This document shows, piece by piece, positions 7,939-16,526 of a stretch of DNA of 20,266 nucleotides. The stretch comes from Promethearchaeota archaeon. GTDB lineage: Archaea; Asgardarchaeota; Lokiarchaeia; Sigyniarchaeales; SOKP01. Position numbers and translations under genes: made by a program. The notes below the pieces were generated by a model, which had not been told where the DNA came from, did not search any database, and saw only the letters and a program-made list of their open reading frames with translations. Within the stretch, counting starts at the first letter, position 1. Each line of letters opens with the position of its first letter. The stretch covers positions 1 through 20,266 of the forward strand of contig JBHLLT010000039.1 of NCBI GenBank assembly GCA_048938855.1, given 5' to 3'.

Positions 7939-9185
7939 TTTTAAAATCAAAAATGAAGCTTCAAGAATTAAATGAAAAAATAGCAAATAAAACATTTATT
8001 AATAAGAACCTTGATGCAGATAATGCTTATAAAATAACAGAAAGACTAGCATTTCCTCGATTAGTTGGTTCAGAAGGCGAAAAAAAAGCTATAGAAATTG
8101 TGTTAGAGGAGTTCAAGAAAACAGGGTATAATCTAATATATAAAGAAAATTTTAAAACTTCCCTTTATCTTTGGACTGTATTAAGGTATGCATTTATTCC
8201 TATGAGTTTATGTCTAATCTTTCTATCTATTTCGTTTTTCATTAATCCATGGCTTACCTTAGGATCAATCTTGTTGAATATATATGTTTGTGCAAAAATT
8301 CTTGGATTAGCAACTTCAGGCGAAACAAGATTATTTAGAAATGATCAAAAGAATTTTACTACTCAAAATATTTATACTGATTTGAAAAGCAAAAATTCAA
8401 AAGCAAAAGTAATTTTTTTGGGACATTGGGATTCGAAATCGCAAACTTTTCCTTCTAACATAAGAATACTTCTATTTATAATTACTCTTTTTAGTTTTAT
8501 AATAGTTATTCTTTTATATCTTGTCTTTTCGATTATTCAATTAATATTTCCATTTAATAATTTGATACTAAGTAATGTATTGCTCTACTTTTGCATCGCA
8601 ATTAGTATAATTAGTAATTTTAATTATTTTAATAAAACAAAAAATAAATCTCCTGGGGCATATGACAATGCAGCAGCTGTAGGAGCAATTATTGAGCTAG
8701 CTAGATTTTATAGAAACAATCCTATAAGCAATATTGATTTTATATTTTTATGTCCTAGTTCTGAAGAATTAAACCTAGCAGGGGCAAAACATTTCATTCA
8801 AAACCATAAAAATGAATTTGATAAAAATTCAACTTATTTTATTAATCTTGATCCAATTGGAGGAAATGAATTAATAAGATTAATAACTTCTTTTGGAATT
8901 CCTCGTAAATCTTCTTCTCATAAATTAAATAAATTATTTATGAAGAATGCTAAAAAGTTAAAAATTAATATAAAAGATATATATCTACCTACGGGGATGT
9001 GGTCTGATTATATGCCGATTGTTGAAGAAGGGTTTGAAGCATGCTGGCTTGGTTCTCAACCCGGATTAAAATATGTGCATACAAAGAAAGATAATATGGA
9101 ATTAGTCTCAAAGGAAGGAATAAAAAATATCCTCTTTTTATGCACAGCTGTAGTAAACGAATTGAACAATGAGTTAGATTTATAA
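7935..9185 (+). CDS. M28-family metallopeptidase with inserted transmembrane hairpins
   Basis: 416 aa. PRLVGSEGE, GHWDS, GAYDNAAA, SSEE, INLD, SDY and HT metal-ligand motifs. Two hydrophobic helix pairs at about aa 78-125 and 177-230. Start overlaps the upstream stop (ATGA); an alternative ATG is at 7953. Confidence 0.85.
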   Translation: MILKSKMKLQELNEKIANKTFINKNLDADNAYKITERLAFPRLVGSEGEKKAIEIVLEEFKKTGYNLIYKENFKTSLYLWTVLRYAFIPMSLCLIFLSISFFINPWLTLGSILLNIYVCAKILGLATSGETRLFRNDQKNFTTQNIYTDLKSKNSKAKVIFLGHWDSKSQTFPSNIRILLFIITLFSFIIVILLYLVFSIIQLIFPFNNLILSNVLLYFCIAISIISNFNYFNKTKNKSPGAYDNAAAVGAIIELARFYRNNPISNIDFIFLCPSSEELNLAGAKHFIQNHKNEFDKNSTYFINLDPIGGNELIRLITSFGIPRKSSSHKLNKLFMKNAKKLKINIKDIYLPTGMWSDYMPIVEEGFEACWLGSQPGLKYVHTKKDNMELVSKEGIKNILFLCTAVVNELNNELDL

Positions 9186-9230
9186 GTTGTTCATTCAAAT
9201 TTAATCTCTTATTTTTGATAATGAAACTAT

Positions 9231-9246
9231 GAGAAAGATTTAAGAA
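9231..9246 (+). promoter_or_regulatory. Putative BRE/TATA promoter of the oxidoreductase operon
   Basis: GAGAAAGATTTAAGAA, a purine-rich BRE-like segment plus TTTAAG, about 70 bp before the first CDS. Confidence 0.4.
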
Positions 9247-9311
9247 ATAATAAGCATAACTTAATTTTTATTCTAAAATTTAATTAAATGAAATTTATTT
9301 TATAAAAAATA

Positions 9312-10316
9312 TTGAGTTATATTAAGATGTTAACTCCAGAACAAATGAAAGAAATTCTAAAAGAAAATGTAATTAATCTAAGATTTCACGCTCGTGGCGG
9401 TCAAGGAGGAGTAACTGCTTCAAATCTCTGCGTTGAAGCTTTTTATGGGTATGGAGTATGTCAACCCTTATTTGGAGCAGAACGTATGGGATCTCCTACT
9501 GAGAGTTATGTTAGACTTAGCGCAAATGAAGAATTGGTAAGAACTAATGAACAAGTTTATGCACCGCATGCAGTAGCAGTACTCGATCCCTCTTTATTGG
9601 GTGAAATTGATGTTACTGCGGGACTAGCACCAGGAGGGTGGTTGATAGTCAATACAACCTTGGATCAAATATCCCTCCAAACTGTAGTTGGCAGAAAAGA
9701 CATTAATATCGCTACTATAGATGCTCTAAATATTGCAATGGAAATTCTTGGAAGAAATATTACCAATACAATCATTCTTGGGGCTCTATTAAGGGTTATC
9801 CCAATTTTTTCTATGGATGCATTAGCAGATGCCATAATGCGTCGATTTAAAGGAGCGATAGCCGGGAAGAATGCGGAAGCTATTAAGCGTGCTTTTGAAG
9901 AAACTTGTATATATGAAACTCCTAGTGCTCCAGAGTTGGATTTCACTGTTGATACTAAGATACCATGGCAACAAGTCAATCCTGGTTTACCTGGATTAAA
10001 AGAGTTAGATGATGCAGGTGTATGGTACTGTGACGAAGATGTTATAGAAATTGGCAGCAAACAAGTAAATACAGGTTCTTGGGGTGAATGGGATATGATT
10101 TGGGATGAAGAAAAATGTACCGATTGTGCTCAATGTTGGTATATTTGCCCTGATTTTACAATTATAAGAGAACAGGGTGAAGATGGATTATGGCATATGA
10201 AAGGTATTGATCAATCTCATTGCAAATCATGTCAAAATTGTTTAGAGATTTGTCCTGTACAAGCAATTACTAAAAAACTTAAACAAGGTCCGGCTGCATG
10301 TGCCGCACCTGAATAA
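9312..10316 (+). CDS. porC: Pyruvate/2-oxoacid:ferredoxin oxidoreductase gamma-delta fusion (PorC + PorD)
   Basis: N-terminal gamma motifs LRFHARGGQG, FGAERMGSP, VAVLDPSL, IDALNIA and NTIILGA. C-terminal delta with TGSW and two ferredoxin motifs, CTDCAQCWYICP and CKSCQNCLEICP. TTG start; ATG 9327 is possible. Confidence 0.9.
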   Translation: MSYIKMLTPEQMKEILKENVINLRFHARGGQGGVTASNLCVEAFYGYGVCQPLFGAERMGSPTESYVRLSANEELVRTNEQVYAPHAVAVLDPSLLGEIDVTAGLAPGGWLIVNTTLDQISLQTVVGRKDINIATIDALNIAMEILGRNITNTIILGALLRVIPIFSMDALADAIMRRFKGAIAGKNAEAIKRAFEETCIYETPSAPELDFTVDTKIPWQQVNPGLPGLKELDDAGVWYCDEDVIEIGSKQVNTGSWGEWDMIWDEEKCTDCAQCWYICPDFTIIREQGEDGLWHMKGIDQSHCKSCQNCLEICPVQAITKKLKQGPAACAAPE

Positions 10317-10330
10317 AGGAGGGAAATATT

Positions 10331-11560
10331 ATGAGTATAGAACCAATGAGAGTATTTTTTAAAGAAATTAAAGAACCAATAGAAACAACCATGATTGGAA
10401 ACTATGCCGTTGCTGGGGGTGTAACTCAGACAGATCCCGATGTAATATGCGCTTTTCCTATTACTCCTCAAACTCAATCTGTGGAAGGATTGTCAGATGT
10501 TGTTCATCATGGTAGATTAAAAGCAGCATTTGTAAATGTAGAATCAGAATTAGCAGCTATAAGTTTTTCGACAGCTGCATGCGCTGCAGGAGCAAGAGCT
10601 TTTACCGCTACAGCAAGTCAAGGTTACTTACTAATGACTGAAGCACTTCCCATGGCAGTTGGTTGGAGACTTCCTTTAACCATGATGATTTCTGCCCGAG
10701 CTTTTAACTCTCCTAATCTATCGATTTGGAATTCTTGGGAATATACGCAAGTGAATTCTGAACTTGGTTGGAATATAATAGTATCAGAAAATGTCCAAGA
10801 AACCTATGATGCAGCAATCTTAGCTGTAATGATTTCAGAAGAATCACTATTTCCAACCATATTTGTACATGATGGTTTTATAATTTCTCATTCAGTTCAA
10901 AAATTAACTTTAATTCCAGATGAAATAGTTAAAAGAATGACTCCAAAAAAACCCAGACATACTATTGATCCATCAAAACCAGGAACTTGGGGTGGAATAG
11001 TAACTCCATCTTACTTTATGGAGGGCAGGGCAAATCTAGAAGAAGCCAAAAAACCAGTTTTAGGTCAAATGATTGACGTTTTCAGAAAATTTAAAGCAGA
11101 AACTGGAAGAGATTATAATTTGATTGAAACTTATAATTTAGACAACTCCTCTAGAACTGCTTTTTGTACTATGGGGTCGATGAGTGGAAATATTATAAGT
11201 TGGATGACTAAAAATAAGGATATTGGCTTAATTAAAATCAGAGCATATCGTCCATTTCCATATCAAGAGCTCCGTAGAATCGTGGAAGAACATAATTTAG
11301 AAAAATTAATTCTTTTAGAGAAGAGTGATTCTCTGAATGGGTTGTTACCACCCTTTTCAATGTCAATTGCTTCTGCCTTATATCCTTTAGGAACTATTTT
11401 TAGAAGTTTTATTGTTGGTTTAGGTGGAAGAGATGTTACTCGAGATGAATTTGATGTAGCAAAAAAGAAAATGGAATCTGTGACAGATATGAAAGGTCAA
11501 TTATATCAATATCTAGGAGTCCGAGAAACCAAACAAAAAATTTCAGGGGTGAATCAATAA
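10331..11560 (+). CDS. porA: Pyruvate/2-oxoacid:ferredoxin oxidoreductase alpha subunit
   Basis: AFPITPQT, VESE, RAFTATASQG, DGFIISH, IRAYRPFP and GLGGRD. GGAGG ribosome-binding site upstream. Confidence 0.92.
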   Translation: MSIEPMRVFFKEIKEPIETTMIGNYAVAGGVTQTDPDVICAFPITPQTQSVEGLSDVVHHGRLKAAFVNVESELAAISFSTAACAAGARAFTATASQGYLLMTEALPMAVGWRLPLTMMISARAFNSPNLSIWNSWEYTQVNSELGWNIIVSENVQETYDAAILAVMISEESLFPTIFVHDGFIISHSVQKLTLIPDEIVKRMTPKKPRHTIDPSKPGTWGGIVTPSYFMEGRANLEEAKKPVLGQMIDVFRKFKAETGRDYNLIETYNLDNSSRTAFCTMGSMSGNIISWMTKNKDIGLIKIRAYRPFPYQELRRIVEEHNLEKLILLEKSDSLNGLLPPFSMSIASALYPLGTIFRSFIVGLGGRDVTRDEFDVAKKKMESVTDMKGQLYQYLGVRETKQKISGVNQ

Positions 11561-12649
11561 GTGTCTAAACCAGAGAGAAACATTATTAATTTTGATGATA
11601 TTTTAGCTAGAGATGAAAAATGCAATGTGCTATTTTTCAACTATGATAATGAAGCTTTTATGAATACTGGGATTCAAGAAAGTGGAGGTACACCTCCTTA
11701 TGCTTCTACGACTACAGGTCCTGCAGGAGATAAAATTCCAGGTAAAATAGGTGTAAAACAAGATTTAGTAACTCCATTTGCTTTCTATGGAACAAAAAAA
11801 TTATTCCTAGCTACTGTAAATCCAGCATATCCAAATGATTTTATGGGCAAAGTAGCAGATGCACTTAAATCCAATGGCTCTGCTTTCATCCAAGCATATT
11901 CTGATTGTATGAGAGGTTGGAGACATGAAGCCTCTGATGCCTTGAAAATTTCAAAGTTAGCAACTGATTGTGGATATTGGCCACTTTATACAGTGAGAGT
12001 TGAAGATGGTGTCCCTATTTTTACATATTATCGTGGATTAGATATTGATAAAGATAAGTTTATTGAGTATCTTAAATCCATGGGTAAATTTAGGCATTTA
12101 TTTAAACCCAAATTTATGGAAAAGGAAATCGACGAGATAATTTACCTTACAGAACGACGTAATAACAAAATAAAAGGCTTATTAGAGAAATTTGGAGCTG
12201 AAAAACTTGTAGATGTTTATAGGATTAATCGTAAAAAACTGCAACCACAAATCCATTTACAACCAGGTCATGGTTTATGTCCTGGATGTGGAGCGGGGAT
12301 GGTTTTGAATCAAATGGCAACTGCTGCAACTGCTGTTGCTGATAGGAACATAATATATGTAAATAATACTAGTTGTTCAGAAGTGTCAACTTCAAAAGAT
12401 AACGTAACTTCTTGGAATGTTCCATGGGTACACCATTTATTTGAATCTGGCGCAACTGTTGCCGAAGCTATTTCAACCGCTAAAAAGATAATGAAAGCAA
12501 AAGATCTCTATAATTATGAGATACCTTGGGTTATCCATATAGGAGGAGACGGTTCTACATACGACATAGGATTTCAATTTCTCAAAGCAGCGCTCATTAG
12601 AACTAGCAGTTTTGTTGAAATGAATGAATATTTGAAAAATCAAAAATAA
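11561..12649 (+). CDS. porB: Pyruvate/2-oxoacid:ferredoxin oxidoreductase beta subunit, circularly permuted
   Basis: All PorB motifs are present in swapped order: YDNEAFMNTGIQ (aa 28-39), SDCMRGW (C116) and GYWPLY come first, then GHGLCPGCG (C240, C243), TSCSEV (C272), PWVHHLFE and GGDGSTYDIGFQ (aa 328-339). The GTG start abuts the porA stop, with GGGGTGA upstream. Confidence 0.9.
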   Translation: MSKPERNIINFDDILARDEKCNVLFFNYDNEAFMNTGIQESGGTPPYASTTTGPAGDKIPGKIGVKQDLVTPFAFYGTKKLFLATVNPAYPNDFMGKVADALKSNGSAFIQAYSDCMRGWRHEASDALKISKLATDCGYWPLYTVRVEDGVPIFTYYRGLDIDKDKFIEYLKSMGKFRHLFKPKFMEKEIDEIIYLTERRNNKIKGLLEKFGAEKLVDVYRINRKKLQPQIHLQPGHGLCPGCGAGMVLNQMATAATAVADRNIIYVNNTSCSEVSTSKDNVTSWNVPWVHHLFESGATVAEAISTAKKIMKAKDLYNYEIPWVIHIGGDGSTYDIGFQFLKAALIRTSSFVEMNEYLKNQK

Positions 12650-12683
12650 AATTTATTTTATTACTTTTTTCTTTTTGTTTAAA
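12650..12683. terminator. T-rich terminator region between convergent genes
   Basis: T runs on the + strand immediately after the porB stop. Confidence 0.45.
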
Positions 12684-13610
12684 TTAATTTTCTTCTATTT
12701 TAAGATATGGTTTCCTCTTGTATTGTGCGTGATACAGTTCACAACGAATTGAATTTCTGATTATATATCCACTTGTTTGGAAAATCGAATCTTCCAGAAT
12801 AAAATCATAATACATTGATGCCATACACGGATAAGAATAATGAGCTTTATTGATTTCCTCCATTAGGTAAAAATCATCTTTATATTCTTTATTAAAGCAT
12901 TTTAGTTTCAAATTTTGTATAATAAAGTTAGTTGAACCACATGGAGCACTCTGTATTACACATGCGTCTTCTATTGATCTACCATCATTACTCATTAATA
13001 TAGATATAATTGGCACTCCTATTCCAAAATAATCTATGAATTCATCTACATAATGCCGTTCTTTTGTTACATGAAATCCTGCTTTATTGTATTGATCTTC
13101 CTCTTTACTTAGCGAACAGAAAGGTTTAGGAAATGCTGCTTGAATATTATATTGGTCAAATTCAAATATAAGTTTCACTTGAAGTTCTGGTGTAACCCAT
13201 TTTGGATTCTCAATTGGTATAATTACTGCTTTCACTCCTTTATCTCGTAAATATTTTGGTAATTTTTCAAGTAAAAAAGAATTGATTCCTATCACCAATA
13301 GAAAGTCAATAGATGGTATTTCTTCTGATAAAAGATTGAAATCATCTCCATCAATCTTATTAGAAGCACTTGGAACTTTAATATAAAAATATATTTTACT
13401 AGCGTGATTCTTTAGATATTTACGACATTGTATACAATTTGATTTTTGGTTTAGAATTTGGCAAGCATTACAAAATTTCAAGTCATTAATTAAATGTCCA
13501 ATGAATTTCGATGCCAATTCTTCTATTTCCGGGTCTTTACCATATAAAACTCCTAACTTATAGCCCTTTTCATATAACTTAGATTCGACTTTTAACAAAT
13601 TTTCTTGCAT
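12684..13610 (-). CDS. DUF166-like protein with Cys cluster
   Basis: 308 aa. AVIIP, FPKPFCSL, FGIGVP, SAPCGST and HYSYPCMASM match my recollection of the archaeal DUF166 family. Extra N-terminal CNAC-x8-CIQC. Confidence 0.72.
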   Translation of the reverse strand: MQENLLKVESKLYEKGYKLGVLYGKDPEIEELASKFIGHLINDLKFCNACQILNQKSNCIQCRKYLKNHASKIYFYIKVPSASNKIDGDDFNLLSEEIPSIDFLLVIGINSFLLEKLPKYLRDKGVKAVIIPIENPKWVTPELQVKLIFEFDQYNIQAAFPKPFCSLSKEEDQYNKAGFHVTKERHYVDEFIDYFGIGVPIISILMSNDGRSIEDACVIQSAPCGSTNFIIQNLKLKCFNKEYKDDFYLMEEINKAHYSYPCMASMYYDFILEDSIFQTSGYIIRNSIRCELYHAQYKRKPYLKIEEN

Positions 13611-13646
13611 TTTCTTCCTAAAATCTTCTTTAATTAAGAAATTAAA

Positions 13647-13874
13647 TTAAAAAAAAAATTCACAAAAGGATTTTTTAAAATCTTTTAATAACGAGTTGTT
13701 GGTTTTTTCAAATTGAGGTTTTTCAAACCATTTAAAATATTGTTTATAGGCGTTAGAATTGTTGGTATTATTAAAATAATTATTCAAAGAATCTCCATAC
13801 TCATATAGTTTTGGACTCTTCATTTCAGCGACATTATTTGCCTCAAATACGGATATAATTGTGGATTTTAGCAT
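13647..13874 (-). CDS. Small hypothetical protein (75 aa)
   Basis: Fills the gap between two same-strand genes with 32-36 bp spacers. ATG preceded by GAGG. No recognisable motif. Confidence 0.45.
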   Translation of the reverse strand: MLKSTIISVFEANNVAEMKSPKLYEYGDSLNNYFNNTNNSNAYKQYFKWFEKPQFEKTNNSLLKDFKKSFCEFFF

Positions 13875-13906
13875 ATTTTTATTTTCCTCTTCATTTTGTT
13901 ATTTTT

Positions 13907-14932
13907 TCAATTTAATAAATGATATGCACTTTTAAGGCATTTCTCAGCACTTTTTACAATTGAATTTATTATATCTGAAACACTCTCAATTTCATCAATT
14001 AGACCACAACTTTGCCCTAAGAGAATCATTCCATTATCAACATCACCATTATAAGCTTTTTCTAACTTTAACACACCGTCTCTTATTACAGACATCGAAA
14101 CTTCTTCTGCTCTCTTTTCTTCTTTGCTTAAAACGACAGTAGCACTTTTAGCGTAATTGTTTTTCAATACTCTTGCTGGACCAAAAACGCCTGTAACCAT
14201 TTTAGTATCTGATATTGTAGCATTCTTGACTTCATTCTTATAATTATCATGAAACTCACATTCTCTTGATGCAATGAGTCTTGTTCCCATTGCGATTGCC
14301 CCAGCACCCATAGCTAAAGCTGATGCTAGTCCTTCTCCAGTAGCATAGCCCCCACATGCAATAATAGGAACTTCTGGCAATTCTTGTCTTATTTGCTGTA
14401 AGAGGACTAATGTACTGGCATTTTCATATGATTGATGTCCTCCACCTTCATGTCCAGTTGCAACAATTCCATCTACACCATCTTTTATTACTTTTTTAGC
14501 CAACTTTAAAGAAGGGACAACATGAAAATTTTGAATATTCGTACTTTCTTTTAACTCTCTATAGTACTTATTGTAGAGAATTTTTGGAGATCCTGCACTT
14601 GTAATTATGTAATTACATTGATCTTTGATTTTAGGATTATCCATAATAAATCTTGGAATTTGCCTACATAATTTAATTGCATCAGGTTGTAGTGCAGCTG
14701 TTCTAATATTAACTCCAAAAGGCTTATCCGTATATTCAACCACTGTTTTCATGCTTTCTTTAATTTGGTTTAAGGTAATACCTTCGCTTAATGTTACATG
14801 ACTCAGAACACCTAACCCTCCTGCTTCTGAGACGGCAATTGTTAAATTTGTTGTATAAAAGGGACCCATTGGAGCTGCAATAATAGGATGTTTAATACCC
14901 AACATTTCAGTTATATTTGTTTTTATTACCAT
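13907..14932 (-). CDS. Nitronate monooxygenase / FabK-like enoyl reductase family flavoprotein
   Basis: 341 aa. LGIKHPIIAAPM, AVSEAGGLG, TDKPFGVN, GHEGGGH, PIIACGG and AMGTRLIASREC. Confidence 0.9.
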   Translation of the reverse strand: MVIKTNITEMLGIKHPIIAAPMGPFYTTNLTIAVSEAGGLGVLSHVTLSEGITLNQIKESMKTVVEYTDKPFGVNIRTAALQPDAIKLCRQIPRFIMDNPKIKDQCNYIITSAGSPKILYNKYYRELKESTNIQNFHVVPSLKLAKKVIKDGVDGIVATGHEGGGHQSYENASTLVLLQQIRQELPEVPIIACGGYATGEGLASALAMGAGAIAMGTRLIASRECEFHDNYKNEVKNATISDTKMVTGVFGPARVLKNNYAKSATVVLSKEEKRAEEVSMSVIRDGVLKLEKAYNGDVDNGMILLGQSCGLIDEIESVSDIINSIVKSAEKCLKSAYHLLN

Positions 14933-15290
14933 TCTTTCCGACCATTTTTATTAAATTTTTTTTATTTTCTATAAAATGAACATCTATTCAGTGCAATATT
15001 TATTTGATTTAATAGATATCTAGTTGAATTACCAGCATCATATATAAGTTTAACCAAATTGCCAATATTAGTATAAAGAGTATACTTAATACGATTTCTA
15101 TGGGGAATCTTTAAAGAATAAAGAAATTTTTTAAGTAATTTTTAGATTTTGAATGAATCCTCATTCAATACTGAAGTAGAAAAATAAACTTAAAGATTCA
15201 GTTTTATTTAGAAAAGTAAACTAAATTAATATATCGAATTTCAATTTTAAATTCATCAAATTTTTTAGATCTGATAATTTATGTTTTTCC

Positions 15291-16058
15291 ATGACAGTTC
15301 TTATAGAAATTGATTATCCTATTTATACAATAATTATAAATAATCCTAAAGTTAAAAATGCTGTAGATGGCTCTACTGCTAAAGAACTTGCTGATGCTTT
15401 TCGAAGATTCGAAAATGATGAAAAAGCAGAAGTTTCAGTTCTATATGGTGCTAATGGAATATTTTGTTCAGGAGCAAATTTAAAAACTATTAGTGAAGGA
15501 GCTGGAAATCGTATTGAAAGGCAAGGAGATGGTCCTATGGGACCTACAAGGATGAGTTTATCAAAACCAGTGATTGCAGCTGTTGCAGGATATGCTGTTG
15601 CTGGCGGTCTTGAACTAGCACTATGGTGTGATCTCAGAGTTGTAGAAAAAAGTGCAATATTTGGTGTGTTTAATCGTAGATTTGGTGTACCATTAATTGA
15701 TGGAGGTACAGTTCGTCTTCCTCGACTCATTGGTTTAAGTAGAGCACTGGATATGATCCTTACGGGTCGTCCAGTAACTGCTGATGAGGCATATACATGG
15801 GGATTAGCTAATCGAATCGTTGACGATGGTAAATCAAGGGAGGAAGCTGAAAATTTGGGAAGAAAATTAGCTAAATTTCCAAAATTTTGCATGAGAAATG
15901 ATCGATTATCCACTTATGATCAATTTGGTTTAAATGTGGAAGTTGCTATGTCAAAAGAATTTGAATATGGGTTAAATACTTTAGAACATGGTGAGTTTCT
16001 TAATGGTAGTAAGGAATTCACACAGGGAAAGGGGAAACATGGAACTTTTGATGGATAA
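15291..16058 (+). CDS. Enoyl-CoA hydratase/isomerase (crotonase) family protein
   Basis: 255 aa. NNPKVKNAV, FCSGANL, KPVIAAVAGYAVAGGLELALWCDLR, GVPLIDGGTVRLPRLIG and MILTGR. Confidence 0.93.
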   Translation: MTVLIEIDYPIYTIIINNPKVKNAVDGSTAKELADAFRRFENDEKAEVSVLYGANGIFCSGANLKTISEGAGNRIERQGDGPMGPTRMSLSKPVIAAVAGYAVAGGLELALWCDLRVVEKSAIFGVFNRRFGVPLIDGGTVRLPRLIGLSRALDMILTGRPVTADEAYTWGLANRIVDDGKSREEAENLGRKLAKFPKFCMRNDRLSTYDQFGLNVEVAMSKEFEYGLNTLEHGEFLNGSKEFTQGKGKHGTFDG

Positions 16059-16102
16059 GAAATTGTTTTAAGTAATTCAGAATTAGTTATTTTGATGATT
16101 AA

Positions 16103-16519
16103 ATGATGAGATTTGAAGAATTTAGAGTTAAAACTCGAGAACGGGAAGTTTTAATTGATATTACTAATGAAATTAATAGTATAGTTAGAAAATATAATGT
16201 AAAGGAAGGTGTATGTCGAGTATTTATACCGCATACTACAGCGGGAGTAACTATTAATGAAAATGCAGATCCTTCGGTTATTAAAGATATCAGTAATTAT
16301 TTAAGCAAACTTATCCCAAAAGGTGGAGGATTAGGATATACATATAGGCACGGTGAAGGAAATTCTGATGCTCATATTAAGTGTTCACTAACAGGCCATT
16401 CTGTTGATGTCTTAATACATGATAATAGACTAATGTTAGGGACTTGGCAGGGAATAATGTTTGCTGAATATGATGGCCCACGAAATCGAAGGGTTTATGT
16501 GCAAATTCAGGGAGAATAG
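16103..16519 (+). CDS. yjbQ: YjbQ / UPF0047 family protein
   Basis: 138 aa. IDIT, PHTTAGVTINENADPSV, HGEGNSDAHIK and LGTWQGIMFAEYDGPR. Confidence 0.93.
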   Translation: MMRFEEFRVKTREREVLIDITNEINSIVRKYNVKEGVCRVFIPHTTAGVTINENADPSVIKDISNYLSKLIPKGGGLGYTYRHGEGNSDAHIKCSLTGHSVDVLIHDNRLMLGTWQGIMFAEYDGPRNRRVYVQIQGE

Positions 16520-16526
16520 GAGGGCT

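Noticed and set aside
8989-10477. Antisense ORFs 8989-9198, 9665-10060 and 10232-10477 (and 13960-14142)
   Set aside because: They overlap confidently assigned genes on the opposite strand and lack motifs.
11561-12649. porB as a pseudogene or a fusion of two gene fragments
   Set aside because: Single open frame with each motif present exactly once, all Fe-S and ThDP ligands intact, and a plausible linker.
15323-15913. 196-aa ORF antisense to the crotonase
   Set aside because: Typical antisense open frame of a well-conserved gene, with no domain features.
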